The notes under the pieces are model-generated. The model was not told the origin of the DNA, ran no database searches, and saw only the letters and a program-made list of their open reading frames with translations. This document shows, in pieces, positions 50,892 to 60,956 of a stretch of DNA of 64,000 nt; position 1 is the first letter of the stretch, and the number at the start of each line of letters is the position of its first letter. This stretch comes from an uncultured Gemmatimonadota bacterium (lineage in GTDB: Bacteria > SM23-81 > DAOVCL01), in NCBI GenBank assembly GCA_964626665.1, contig CAZVGK010000001.1:64001-128000 (forward strand). The letters run 5' to 3'. The translations under genes and the position numbers were made by a program.

Positions 50892-51746
50892 TTGGCCGAA
50901 GTGAAGAGAAAGTATAAGGGGGAAGAGAGATCCTTAGATCTTTATTTAAGGGAGATAGGGGAGACCTCCCTCATCTCCTCTCAAGAGGAGATCAACCTCG
51001 CCCAGAGGATAAAAGAAGGTGATGAGGGAGCATTGGAGGAGTTAACCAAGGCTAACCTCAGGTTTGTGGTTAGCGTGGCCAAGCAGTATCAGAACCAGGG
51101 TCTCTCCTTGGCCGATCTCATCAACGAGGGGAATATAGGTCTCATCAAGGCGGCAAAGAGATTTGATGAAACCAGGGGATTTAAGTTTATCTCCTACGCA
51201 GTATGGTGGATTAGGCAAGCTATCCTTCAGGCGCTTGCCGAACAGTCCCGCATAGTGAGGCTTCCTTTAAATCGCGTGGGTGCCCTCCACAAGATCGGCA
51301 AGATCTCTTCCAATCTGGAGCAGGAATTTGGGAGGGAGCCAATGACTGAGGAGATCGCCGCAAGGTTGGAGATGACCCCGGAAGAGGTCTCTGAGACCCT
51401 GAAGATTTCCAACAACCATCTCTCTCTGGATGCTCCCTTTAATGAGGGCGAGGACAGCAACCTCTTAGATGTGCTGAAGGATGAATTTCAACCAGCGCCG
51501 GACAGGGACCTCTTAGGGGAATCACTGAGGGTGGAGATCGAAAAGGCCCTGGGGACCCTCACGGAGAGGGAGGCCGAGGTGATCATCCTTTACTTCGGGA
51601 TAAAGAGGCCAAAGTCAATGACCTTGGAGGAGATCGGTAACCGGTTTAACCTTACCAGGGAAAGGGTAAGGCAGATAAAGGAGAAGGCGATAAGAAGGTT
51701 GCGGCATGCCTCTAGGTCACGAAGGTTGAAGGCCTTTGTCAACTAA
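50892..51746 (+). CDS. RpoD/SigA-family sigma factor lacking region 1.1
   Basis: [33 protein letters not shown]. Confidence 0.95.
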   Translation: MAEVKRKYKGEERSLDLYLREIGETSLISSQEEINLAQRIKEGDEGALEELTKANLRFVVSVAKQYQNQGLSLADLINEGNIGLIKAAKRFDETRGFKFISYAVWWIRQAILQALAEQSRIVRLPLNRVGALHKIGKISSNLEQEFGREPMTEEIAARLEMTPEEVSETLKISNNHLSLDAPFNEGEDSNLLDVLKDEFQPAPDRDLLGESLRVEIEKALGTLTEREAEVIILYFGIKRPKSMTLEEIGNRFNLTRERVRQIKEKAIRRLRHASRSRRLKAFVN

Positions 51747-51788
51747 AAAAATCTCCTTCCGCCTGTGGGTGGGAGGAGATTTTTTTTC
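51746..51788 (+). terminator. Intrinsic terminator
   Basis: AAAAAATCTCCTTCCGCC..GGTGGGAGGAGATTTTTTTTT. Confidence 0.85.
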
Positions 51789-51855
51789 TGCGGCCCCTTA
51801 AGCTGATCAGCGACGCACGGCAAGTCGGTTTATCGCTAAAATTGCTGAAGGTTAT

Positions 51856-52923
51856 ATGAAGAGGAAAGCTAATGCCCTACTCCCAGGCCTGCGGGTATCC
51901 TTCCCCCTTCTCTCCATCCGTTATCACGGTGGGGTTAAGGTGGTCATCAGTTTGGCTAACTACCTGGCCCAGAGGGGCTGGAGGGTTTCCCTGATCACCC
52001 CCAAGGACAGATTCAACCCCCATTATCCCATCTCAGAGAGGGTGGCTTTGATCCTCATCCCCCGGGTGGGGCGGCTTGGTCTCCTCTCCCACCTCCTGGC
52101 CCTCTTCTATCTCCTTCTCTGGATTCCCAAGTCAGATCTTCTGGTGGCCAACTTCTTCCCCACATTCTACCCCTCCTATCTGAAGAGCAAGCTTGGGTAC
52201 GGTAGACTCCTCTACCTCATTCAAGGTTATGAGCCCTGGTTCCGGGGGTTCCCCTTTAGCCTATTTGCCTCCCTCAGCTATCGGCTGAGATCGGCTCAGG
52301 TGGTCGTCTCCCGCTGGTTGCGGAGCCAATTAAGGGGTAACCCTCCGGTGTTTAACCCTGGTCCCACCTATGGGTTCTTTCCCGATAAGTCCGAGGATCT
52401 CCTCAGGGAGAAGGAAGGAAGGAAAGCAGTCGTCTATCTCTGGTCGTCCCCTCTACGGGGGAGGATATCTATCTTCGGGGAGGTGGTCAGAGGTTGGCAG
52501 CGGGATAATCTGGAGCTTTGGATAGTAGGGGGAACTGCCATAAAGCTGAAGCCAGGATTGAAGGTTCGGTTCTTCCCCCTCCTTAAAGAGGATGAGCTGA
52601 GAAAGGTCTACTCCTCGGCGGACATCCTCCTTCACCTATCACCTTACGAGGGGTTCGGACTTCCCCCCTTGGAGGCCATGGCCTGTGGAACCCCCTCTGT
52701 GCTCACCGACTCTGGGGGAGTGAGGGATTATGCCCGGGATGGATGCAACTGTCTTCTGGTGGAGAAGGATCCCGTTCAGATAAGAGAAGCAGTAGAGAAG
52801 CTCCTTACCAATGATATTTTGAGGGATAGATTGGCAAAGGGGGCTTTAAAGACGGCAACCCGTTTCTCTATGGAGAAGATGGCCAGAAAGTTCGAGGGGT
52901 TACTTCAGGAGGTGATCGATTAA
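51856..52923 (+). CDS. Glycosyltransferase family 4
   Basis: EGFGLPPLEAMACG. Confidence 0.9.
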   Translation: MKRKANALLPGLRVSFPLLSIRYHGGVKVVISLANYLAQRGWRVSLITPKDRFNPHYPISERVALILIPRVGRLGLLSHLLALFYLLLWIPKSDLLVANFFPTFYPSYLKSKLGYGRLLYLIQGYEPWFRGFPFSLFASLSYRLRSAQVVVSRWLRSQLRGNPPVFNPGPTYGFFPDKSEDLLREKEGRKAVVYLWSSPLRGRISIFGEVVRGWQRDNLELWIVGGTAIKLKPGLKVRFFPLLKEDELRKVYSSADILLHLSPYEGFGLPPLEAMACGTPSVLTDSGGVRDYARDGCNCLLVEKDPVQIREAVEKLLTNDILRDRLAKGALKTATRFSMEKMARKFEGLLQEVID

Positions 52924-54060
52924 CCTCCTGGCCACATTATCCATCCTGTAGGGGGCAATTTCTTCGGCCTGCAGGTGGGGAAGTTTATCCTCCTCCCAGA
53001 GGTGATAGAATTCTCTTAGCGCTTTCCTGATCCCTTCTATATCATCAGGCTCCTCTATCCTTACCCCTTTGATCCCCTGGAGTATATCCTTAGCGGCAGA
53101 ATCCGGTATGGTGGCCATAATGGGTCTTCCTGACCCCAGATAGTCAAAGAGCTTGCTGGTGGAGACAAACCTCGCCCCTCGCCCCCTTCCTACCATAAGC
53201 CAGAGAAGATCAGATGTAACCATATACCTCAGTGCCTCCGGGTAGCGAACCTCAGGGATGAGCCTTACCTTCTCCTTTAGGCCATATGCGGTGACCAGTC
53301 CGGCCACATCAATCCATTTACGTCCCACCAGGAGGAGCTCCCAGTTTAGGTCCTTCATCTTGGAGAGAGCTTTGAGGATAAACTTTGGGGTTCTCCTCTC
53401 GGTTATTGTCCCCACCCAACCGATTTTGAACTTTTCTCCCCTCTTGTGTTTAAACCCCCGAAAGTCATCCGGCTCGAATCCATGGGTGATGGTTTCCACC
53501 TTAAGCCCCGGGTATCTTTCCTTTAAGTTATTGGTAATTCTTTCGTTTATGGTGATCACCAGTCTTGCATGGCTCAAGCTCCTTTTCTCCCCCAACCTGT
53601 GCAGCCACTTTAGGAGATTGCTTTCATATATCAGTGGGGTCTCCACCCAGGGGTCCCTGAGGTCAACGATGTATGGTCTCCTCGTGGTAAGGGAGAGAAG
53701 ATAGGTGCAGAGGAGGGGTGAGAAAGGGGGGGCAGAGGAGATCAGAAGGTCAATCTCCTTCTCCTTGATCAGACCTTTAAGCCTATGGTAGTTGAGGATA
53801 GACCAAAGGAGTTTGGTATCGGGGAAGGCGATGAGCTTAAGAAGCCTATAGATAAGCTTCCTCCCTCTCTTTATCCCCTCCCCTGAGCTGGTGGGCTCAG
53901 GGGAGGAAAAGGAGATGACCCCCTTAGCTCCCTTCTCCTTGGTGACAACGGTTATCTTATAGCCTTTTTGACGCAGATATTTGACCAGTCTGGGCCCCCT
54001 CTTCACCCCAGGTTTGGGCCAAGGAGGAAAGTAGTAGGAGATGTAAAGGATCTTTTTCAC
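52900..54060 (-). CDS. Glycosyltransferase (GT-B, family 4-like)
   Basis: ISYYFPP, DLRDPW, KLFDYL. Confidence 0.85.
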   Translation of the reverse strand: MKKILYISYYFPPWPKPGVKRGPRLVKYLRQKGYKITVVTKEKGAKGVISFSSPEPTSSGEGIKRGRKLIYRLLKLIAFPDTKLLWSILNYHRLKGLIKEKEIDLLISSAPPFSPLLCTYLLSLTTRRPYIVDLRDPWVETPLIYESNLLKWLHRLGEKRSLSHARLVITINERITNNLKERYPGLKVETITHGFEPDDFRGFKHKRGEKFKIGWVGTITERRTPKFILKALSKMKDLNWELLLVGRKWIDVAGLVTAYGLKEKVRLIPEVRYPEALRYMVTSDLLWLMVGRGRGARFVSTSKLFDYLGSGRPIMATIPDSAAKDILQGIKGVRIEEPDDIEGIRKALREFYHLWEEDKLPHLQAEEIAPYRMDNVARRLIDHLLK

Positions 54061-56207
54061 CGCCTCCTCCCTCGCACCGAGTTCACCAGATCGGCCAATT
54101 CCCTTACCCTTTGATCGCTAATTATCTTTTCTATCTCGTAGGGGATCTTCTGGCACCAGTTGGGATGGTTTTCCACCGTGCCAGGGAGGTTCTGCTGTTC
54201 CTCCTCTCCTAAGAGGTCCCATATATTCAGGATCAATAGCTTACAGGGGGTAAGGGATAGCCAGGAGATCACCGCCCTTAAGAGTTCCATCTCCAAATTG
54301 GCCCTGGAGAAAAGAAGCCCCCTTGACTTCAAGGCCTTGAGAATCGCCTTCTTCTGCGCCTCCCTCCTTCCCCTCTCCTCTTCAGCCATCTCCGTCTGGG
54401 GGTAGAGTCCAAGCTTCTCCCTCCATTCTATGTCCCTTAGCTGCCAAAATCCCCTTAAGGTGGGCATATCGTGGGTGTTTATCCCCGCCAGAGCCAGGGC
54501 CGGATAGTGCTCCGGAGGGATGGGGCTGTCATCTTCCCTCTCAAAGTAGAAGACCTTGGTGGAGAAAATCCCCCAATTTGCCAGGCCAACCCGCACCCAG
54601 GGAGGAACTGTGCCCAGATCCTCACCAATGATCAGGGTTTTGCGGAGATGACTTTCTAAGGCCAGGATGCCCAAAAGCTCCCCTGGATAACCCCTCACAT
54701 AGGCTCCATCTTGAGAGGCCATTCCCGAGGGGACCCAGAAAGTGTGGAAGAGCCCCATCACATGGTCAATCCTCAAAGCTCCCCCTAAGGGAAGGTTGTG
54801 GCGCAATATTTGGATATAGGACCGATAACCTTCTTCCCTCAGGCGGTCGGGGATAACCGGGGGAAGGCCCCACCTCTGCCCTTTGGGGAAGAACTCATCA
54901 GGAGGTGCCCCCAGCTCGGCTCCGAAAGCGAAGATCCCCTGATTGCTCCAGGCCTCGGCCCCACACCCCTCCACGCCCAAGGCCAGATCCTCATATAATC
55001 CCAGGGGCATCCCCGATTTATGGGCCTCTCCTGTGATCTGTGTCAACTGCTCCTCTATGTTCCACTGGATATACTGGTAGAAGAGGATTCGCCGTTGGTG
55101 GCTTCTTTGGAATGATCTCACCTCCTCGCTTTTAGGATCTCTATGCTCTCTCGGCCAATTGGGCCAAACCCGATCCGGGAAGTGCTCGCTCAGGGCCTGG
55201 AAGGTGGCAAACTCCTCTAAGGCCTTCCCCTCTTTCTCCCGATACCGGGAAAAATCCTGGGCTCTTCCTGGGTGATCTTTTTCCAGGAAGTTCTTAAAGA
55301 GGAGCTCCAAAACCCTCAGCTTTAGGGAGGCCACCCTTTCATAATCGACCAGAGGGGATGACCTCAGGGCCGCAAGCTCCCTCTGAAAATCCTTTCCTTT
55401 CACCATCTTCTGAGCCTCTGGACACTCCCTGAATTCCGGGATCCCTTCCACATCCAGATAGATGAAGTTGCGGTAGCTGCGGATAGAGGGGAAGTAAGGG
55501 CTCAGGTTATATGGCCAACGATTCTTAATGGCATGGAGGGGATTTATCTCAACAAAACCAGCCTGGAGCTCTTTACCCATCCATACCATAAGCTCTCTCA
55601 GATCCCGCAGGTCGCCTATCCCCCAATTCCTTGCAGATCTGAGAGCATAGAGGGGGAGGAATATACCCCAGGTTCTTCCCTTTCCTCTAAGGAACTCCGG
55701 AAGGTAGGTGGTCTCTGGATGGACGACCAAGCGGGAACTGCCGGCCAGATTCCCACCTGGTGTCGCAACTACCTTCAGTTCATAATAGCCCAGAGGAAGA
55801 TCCAAGGGTAAGGGAAAGTGGTAGGAGTTTACGCCCAGCTTCCCCTTGGAGGTTAGATCTTCCCCTCTAAACCTCTTGCTCCAGAATTTCCCCTTATCCC
55901 CGGAGACCTCCATCTCTATCCCAAAATTCCGAGGAATTGATTTACCTGGAAGGTGGATGGGAAAGCCTTTGGAGAGATCCCTCCGAGTCCTGACCAGCAC
56001 GGGCTCCAGGAATCTTTTCTCCTCAAAGAGGGAGAGCTCCCCTCGCAGACTCTCCTCGCTTCGGGTCTCCAGGCCCAGAGCCTTCAAGATGGCAAGCTTG
56101 GTCTCAAGGGATGTCCTGTGGTGGTTTCCCCAGATGTCGGTGTATTCCGGCTCGATGCCAAAGAGGACGGCTATTTTATCAATAAGTTCACCTTGGTCAG
56201 CGAACAT
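54057..56207 (-). CDS. malQ: 4-alpha-glucanotransferase (GH77)
   Basis: GIGD, DLALG, GAPPD, RIDH, GEDLG, THD. Confidence 0.95.
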   Translation of the reverse strand: MFADQGELIDKIAVLFGIEPEYTDIWGNHHRTSLETKLAILKALGLETRSEESLRGELSLFEEKRFLEPVLVRTRRDLSKGFPIHLPGKSIPRNFGIEMEVSGDKGKFWSKRFRGEDLTSKGKLGVNSYHFPLPLDLPLGYYELKVVATPGGNLAGSSRLVVHPETTYLPEFLRGKGRTWGIFLPLYALRSARNWGIGDLRDLRELMVWMGKELQAGFVEINPLHAIKNRWPYNLSPYFPSIRSYRNFIYLDVEGIPEFRECPEAQKMVKGKDFQRELAALRSSPLVDYERVASLKLRVLELLFKNFLEKDHPGRAQDFSRYREKEGKALEEFATFQALSEHFPDRVWPNWPREHRDPKSEEVRSFQRSHQRRILFYQYIQWNIEEQLTQITGEAHKSGMPLGLYEDLALGVEGCGAEAWSNQGIFAFGAELGAPPDEFFPKGQRWGLPPVIPDRLREEGYRSYIQILRHNLPLGGALRIDHVMGLFHTFWVPSGMASQDGAYVRGYPGELLGILALESHLRKTLIIGEDLGTVPPWVRVGLANWGIFSTKVFYFEREDDSPIPPEHYPALALAGINTHDMPTLRGFWQLRDIEWREKLGLYPQTEMAEEERGRREAQKKAILKALKSRGLLFSRANLEMELLRAVISWLSLTPCKLLILNIWDLLGEEEQQNLPGTVENHPNWCQKIPYEIEKIISDQRVRELADLVNSVRGRRR

Positions 56208-57465
56208 AGTAGATCCTCATCTGAGCTGGTTTTAGCCTCTTCGGCAAGGAAGGGGAAGGTTGGGCTGGCTTGGAGGTAAGTTCCCGGAGAGAACCATCTA
56301 TAGCCTGGGGATCCAGCTTGATCCGGTGGGGTTTCTCGGGATCGGAGTTGATCAGGGCTAAAACCTTGCCTGGTAACCTCTCCGAACTCTTTACAAGAAT
56401 TACTGCCGGATCCTTAACCTGAGAGAGCATCTCTATGGGGCCTTCCGTGTTTAAGATGGGAGAGGAAGCCTTTATCCTGTTGACCGCTGTTATGAATTTG
56501 CTGAGGCTAAAAGCTGGTTCCTCCCAGTCGGTTGGCCTGGTACGCACCACATCTAACTTCTTCCGGAAACCGAACTCATAGCCGAGGGGCATCAGGATTC
56601 CCTGAGAGAAGAAGGCGGCAAAGAGGTAGCGAAGTTTAGAGATCTCCTCCTTGCCCCCTGTCTCCTGGGCCAGGCGCGGGGTGTCGTGGCTCTCCGGGAA
56701 GCTGATGGAGGGGGCGATCTTCCGGAACTCCTCATACTGTTGCAGCAGCCATCCCTGGTGGAAATCCCACCATTTGGAACTGTTGAAGAGGTAATCAAAC
56801 CCGCAATGGGCCAAGTTTGCCACCTCCTTTAGCCGACAGCCCAGGGTCTCGGCGAAGAAGCAAACCTGCGGGGAGAGGAGCTTAGCCTGAGAGATGAGTT
56901 GGGCCCAGATAACGGGGGGGACCTTGTAGGCAGCATCACAGCGGAAACCCTTAAACCCCAGCCCAATGTAGAACCCTACCAAATTTTGCCAATAGGCCGA
57001 TAGATCCTCTTGCTGGGTGGGGTTTTCATAGTCGATCTCCGCCAGATCCCCCCAGACGGTTACCCGGCGAGCATCGGCAGGATCGATTGCCGAGGGGCTT
57101 TTGAGGGAACCGTTGGGGTTTCTCCTAAACCACTGCGGATGTTCTTTAACTAAGAGGGAATCCTTTGCCGTGTGGTTGATCACCAGATCCATCATCACCG
57201 AAAGGCCAAATCCTTCGGCCCTTTGGAGAAAATTTCTTAGAAGGTCAAATGGCCTGGCATCTGCGTTCTCCAAGAAGAGGGGGTTTATGCGGTAGTAGTC
57301 CTTTACGGCATAGAGGCTGCCGGAAAAACCGGGGTAGTGAAAGGAATTTATATATACCCAATTGAAACCCATTCCCGCAATTCTCTCCAATTCCTCCTCC
57401 CAACGGGTGATCGGTCCCACCAAGAGGGGGAAGAGGTTGTAGATGCGGGGGCCTTGCTCTACCAT
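56197..57465 (-). CDS. GH13 alpha-amylase family glycosyl hydrolase
   Basis: DLVINH, GFRCDAA, AETLG, SHD. Confidence 0.9.
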   Translation of the reverse strand: MVEQGPRIYNLFPLLVGPITRWEEELERIAGMGFNWVYINSFHYPGFSGSLYAVKDYYRINPLFLENADARPFDLLRNFLQRAEGFGLSVMMDLVINHTAKDSLLVKEHPQWFRRNPNGSLKSPSAIDPADARRVTVWGDLAEIDYENPTQQEDLSAYWQNLVGFYIGLGFKGFRCDAAYKVPPVIWAQLISQAKLLSPQVCFFAETLGCRLKEVANLAHCGFDYLFNSSKWWDFHQGWLLQQYEEFRKIAPSISFPESHDTPRLAQETGGKEEISKLRYLFAAFFSQGILMPLGYEFGFRKKLDVVRTRPTDWEEPAFSLSKFITAVNRIKASSPILNTEGPIEMLSQVKDPAVILVKSSERLPGKVLALINSDPEKPHRIKLDPQAIDGSLRELTSKPAQPSPSLPKRLKPAQMRIYYVR

Positions 57466-57998
57466 AGTCTCCTCAATCCCCGGAGAAATTTCCACCTGGG
57501 AACCCTTTTCATATAATCCTTGTATCCATCTCCGAACTTCTTAACATCGAACTCATCCTCCTTTTTGGAGGCTATCCAGAAGCAGAAGCCAGCCACTGTC
57601 CCCAATATGGTCGTTGGTAATGATTGGATGAGAGATATTACCCCTACCGCCCATAAGGCAGAGCCCAAGTAGAGGGGATGGCGGACGATGCGATATATTC
57701 CACTTTCGATCATTATGGTAGTATGCTCCCATCCGGATGGTGGTTTGCCTTTACTTTTGAGGTTAAAAAATCCAAAGCCCACAAAAAGGGCTGCGGGAAG
57801 AGACAGGATGAATCCAAGAATCCTTAAAGGGAAAAGGTTTATCTTACCCCAGGACCAGTTCAAGAGGAACGGGGTAAAATAGAGACCCAGTCCGCAGGCT
57901 TCATAGATCTCATAAACGATATGCTTGCGCACGACGGGGATTAGCCACTTAATGAGGATGCCAATCCAGATGCCGGCAAGTATGATGTAATTCCACAT
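57459..57998 (-). CDS. Isoprenylcysteine carboxylmethyltransferase/PEMT family membrane protein
   Basis: GIYRIVRHPLYLG; FGDGYKDYMKRVPRW. Confidence 0.88.
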   Translation of the reverse strand: MWNYIILAGIWIGILIKWLIPVVRKHIVYEIYEACGLGLYFTPFLLNWSWGKINLFPLRILGFILSLPAALFVGFGFFNLKSKGKPPSGWEHTTIMIESGIYRIVRHPLYLGSALWAVGVISLIQSLPTTILGTVAGFCFWIASKKEDEFDVKKFGDGYKDYMKRVPRWKFLRGLRRLW

Positions 57999-58020
57999 CC
58001 AGGTCTCCCAATTCGTAACA

Positions 58021-58176
58021 GTTCACCACGGGATCTCAGGGAGAGAATCATCATCAATGGTCAATTAACAATTAGCAAGTTAAAATGAAATGAAGCCAGA
58101 AAATCCTGAGGAGTGGGCCATTTTTCATTGATCATTGACCATTTCTTTGTCTGTTCGTGATTATCCGTGGTGAGCC
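58021..58176. repeat. Nested inverted repeat element
   Basis: TCACCACGG/CCGTGGTGA outer and AATGGTCAAT/ATTGACCATT inner inverted pairs. Confidence 0.6.
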
Positions 58177-58306
58177 ATTGTTCTTGGGTTATTAATATAA
58201 TGAAACTGCTTGGGGAAGCAACGATTTTTCGATGACCTATATTATTATTCCATTAAAGGGCAAAATGGAGAAGCAAAGGGAGGGCAAAAACTGGGGCCAC
58301 AAATAG

Positions 58307-58341
58307 CAACCTCCCGCAGATTCAGAATCTGCGGGAGGTTG
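58307..58341. repeat. Palindrome, third copy of the AACCTCCCGCAGAT family
   Basis: CAACCTCCCGCAGATTC-A-GAATCTGCGGGAGGTTG. Confidence 0.85.
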
Positions 58342-58454
58342 TAGTTGACATCGCGAGATTGCGAGGGTGGTGCGGAGGGGCCTCTTATCTCTATCTCTCG
58401 TCTCTATCTGATTAGCCTTCTCGATCACGATCTACCAGCACAGTAGGACTCCAA

Positions 58455-58720
58455 TCTATCGGATTGAAGGGATTCTCTTTGAAAAGCTCCACTTTTCACG
58501 CGGCTTTCCTTTGGATCTTAACATTTAACTTCCGAAAGAGCCGGGCAAATGTATGAGGGGTGACAATTTTCATTCACTGCTCCTGGACAAGCTCACGCAG
58601 GGAGTCCCTCTCAGTGATCCGTCCTTCCTGACGGTCTTTTTCAGAAGCATCCAATAGGTCAAGAAACTCTTTTTTAAAGAGGCCACAGGTATGGCAAAAG
58701 CTTTCGATATCTTCTCTATC
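58455..58720 (-). pseudogene. Decayed antitoxin plus RelE-like toxin pair
   Basis: ...KKEFLDLLDASEKDRQEGRITERDSLRELVQEQ* directly followed by MKIVTPHTFARLFRKLNVKIQRKAA*KVELFKENPFNP. Confidence 0.65.
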
Positions 58721-58776
58721 TATTGGCTGAGTTCAGCGGCAGTATTTACGCCGTCCGCTGGAACGAATTGTCAGAT
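58718..58776 (-). other. Degenerate attC site
   Basis: Minus strand ATCTGAC-AATTCGTTCCAGCGGACGGC..GCCGCTGAACTCAGCC-AATAGAT, an imperfect palindrome starting at the parE stop. Confidence 0.65.
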
Positions 58777-59076
58777 GATATCTATTCTCCTTTTTATTAG
58801 ATTCGGACTTCTTTTGCCATGTATTACAGCCAAAACAATTATCTTTTTATTTTCAACCAGATAAATTATTTTGTATGGGAACCTTTTAATGAGATATTTT
58901 CTTGCCCCTTTATACTCTGGCGGACTAATCACTGGATTTCTTTCTATAAATCTTAATCCAGCCTCAACCTGTAATAGAAAGTTATATCCTAATCCCTTTC
59001 TTCTATCTTCATACCATGAAAATGTTTCCTTTAAATCATCTTCAGCCTCAGGTCTGATAATAACTCTATATTCCAT
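58771..59076 (-). CDS. ParE/RelE family toxin
   Basis: IRPEAEDDL..WYE..RFPYKIIY..AVIHGKR. Confidence 0.9.
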   Translation of the reverse strand: MEYRVIIRPEAEDDLKETFSWYEDRRKGLGYNFLLQVEAGLRFIERNPVISPPEYKGARKYLIKRFPYKIIYLVENKKIIVLAVIHGKRSPNLIKRRIDII

Positions 59077-59294
59077 TATTTACGCACTATTCTTTTAAAA
59101 ACGTCCTCCCATAGAGAGCCTAAACTCGGACTCCTATGGTATGCCTCCAATCGTTCATCAATTATTCTTTTCTCCTCAGCGGTTAATTCCACAGAGTCAG
59201 CTTCAACAGCTATCGTATCCCAGATATCCTCTACCAGTTGAATTCTCTCCGGGATTGATAAATCAAGAGTATCGGTTACCTTTATCTTCTTCAT
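59076..59294 (-). CDS. Addiction module antitoxin
   Basis: LSIPERIQLVEDIWDTI..IDERL..WEDV. Confidence 0.9.
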   Translation of the reverse strand: MKKIKVTDTLDLSIPERIQLVEDIWDTIAVEADSVELTAEEKRIIDERLEAYHRSPSLGSLWEDVFKRIVRK

Positions 59295-59357
59295 GTTAAC
59301 AACCTCCTTCTTGCATTTATTGTGCATCTATCTCAATAGATAGCTTGCGAGATTTAA

Positions 59358-59850
59358 TCCTGGATTATGCATTAGGAAACCACAAGTTTTCACCAGATTG
59401 TCACAAGATGTTGAAAACAGTAGGCTTACAAAACTTGAATTTAACCCTCCTCTTTCACTCAAAAGGCGAAAACCCATATTCTTGAAGATCCCTATATAAT
59501 CTGTGCTACAAGCTTGCAGAATCTCGTTTTTTTGACAAACTTTTTTAACCGCAAAGCTCGCAAAGTAGGCGCAGAGAAGACAAAGACTTGAATGTAAATT
59601 GCGACATATACCAGGTGAAAGCCTGAAGCATCGAGTATCTTTTTCATAATCAGTGTAATCTGTCTTAATTCTCAATTGCCTTTTTCCGTGAGATTCTGTG
59701 GTAACTTCACCAAGGACTATGCACAGAAAAACAGGAATCACGAATGACCAGCACAAATCTCATTCTTAATTCTCAATTCATAATTGCTTTTCCCCGTGTC
59801 ATTCGTGTTCCAAAGATTCAGTGAAATCCGTGCCCATCTGTGTTTATGCA
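59358..59850 (+). repeat. Dispersed modular non-coding element, copy D (longest)
   Basis: Contains both the B/C start block and the copy A blocks. Confidence 0.8.
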
Positions 59851-59969
59851 TATTTTGGGTTAAACTTTCTTATTTTCATCCTCAAATTCGTTGCCATCAT
59901 TCACCTCCACATTTAGCTGTTTTCCCTGAAATCATTTCTCGGGTAAGATAATGAATAATTTGGCAGAAG

Positions 59970-60135
59970 TCAATAAGGATATCCCAAAAAGAGAAGCCAC
60001 CATGACCCTCAGGTGGGTTCCCTTCTTTGGCTATGAGGGTTTGTGCCGCCAAGACACCTGCCCTGACAGACCCCCGATTACGATCTGCGAGCATGGGGGG
60101 TGAAATATGACGGGATGCCGCCGCTCATTGGACGA
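59970..60135 (-). ncRNA. Candidate 6S-like RNA
   Basis: AAAGAAGGGAACCCACCTG..GGGTCA resembles the 6S 3' central-bulge motif as I recall it; nested pairings ATCCC/GGGAT, CCATG/CATGG, TTGGC/GCCAA. Confidence 0.45.
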
Positions 60136-60188
60136 TTTTCTTTACTTTATGCGGGATTCATAACGACTTAAATGGCTGTCAAAATTAG

Positions 60189-60956
60189 CTACCTTCTCTT
60201 GGCCACAAATATCTGCTCCCCTGAAGAATGGTCGTAAGGGGATTTGTCAAAGCCGCCGAAGAGGTCCTCTAGCTCAAATCCGTGGTTCTTTAGGAGGAGT
60301 TCCGCCTCGTATCGGAAGAGGTAGGAAATCCGGTAAGACCAGATGAGACGGTGGAATTGGCCCTCCTGATCGGTCCATTCGTAAAACCTGTCCTCTTTGA
60401 GGGTCTGCTTTACCAAATCATATTTTACCTCAGCCCTCCGGGTGACAAAGATAACCCACTCCCTGTCGTAAAACCCCTTCAGATATAGGCTTACCTTCCG
60501 CTGGGCCAAAAGGTCATACCTGGGGGCAAAGAGATCAATGATCAGCCTTCCCCTGGGCTCCAGGTGTTCCCTCACGCATTCCAGGCAGAGCCCCTGATCC
60601 TCTTTGGTTAAGAGGTTTTGAAAGGAACGAAAGGCGATGAAGATAAGAGGGAACCTCCTTCCCAGGTCAAAATGTCTCATATCCCCCTGGACAAGTTCTA
60701 TTCTCCTTTTCACTTCTCCATCAAGAGCTTTGATCTTTACTTCAGCCACCTTAAGCATCTCCCCTGAGATATCCAGCCCAACGACCGTTATCCCCGCTTC
60801 GGCCATTGGGATGAGAACCCTCCCTGTTCCGCAGGCAAGTTCAAGCGCAGCTCCCCCTTTCTTGGCGTATTCAATATAGAAGGGGATATCCTCATTCAAT
60901 CCCTCAGTCTCCAGATCATAGAACCTGACTACCCTATCGAAGTCTGCTTCTGTCAT
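60189..60956 (-). CDS. Class I SAM-dependent methyltransferase
   Basis: LELACGTGRV, GLDIS, QGDMR. Confidence 0.92.
   Translation of the reverse strand: MTEADFDRVVRFYDLETEGLNEDIPFYIEYAKKGGAALELACGTGRVLIPMAEAGITVVGLDISGEMLKVAEVKIKALDGEVKRRIELVQGDMRHFDLGRRFPLIFIAFRSFQNLLTKEDQGLCLECVREHLEPRGRLIIDLFAPRYDLLAQRKVSLYLKGFYDREWVIFVTRRAEVKYDLVKQTLKEDRFYEWTDQEGQFHRLIWSYRISYLFRYEAELLLKNHGFELEDLFGGFDKSPYDHSSGEQIFVAKRR

Noticed and set aside
2343-57295. Numerous short antisense or nested ORFs in the track
   Set aside because: They overlap well-supported genes and show no family motifs.
59328-59756. 142-aa minus-strand ORF
   Set aside because: Lies within repeat copy D and has no recognisable protein features.
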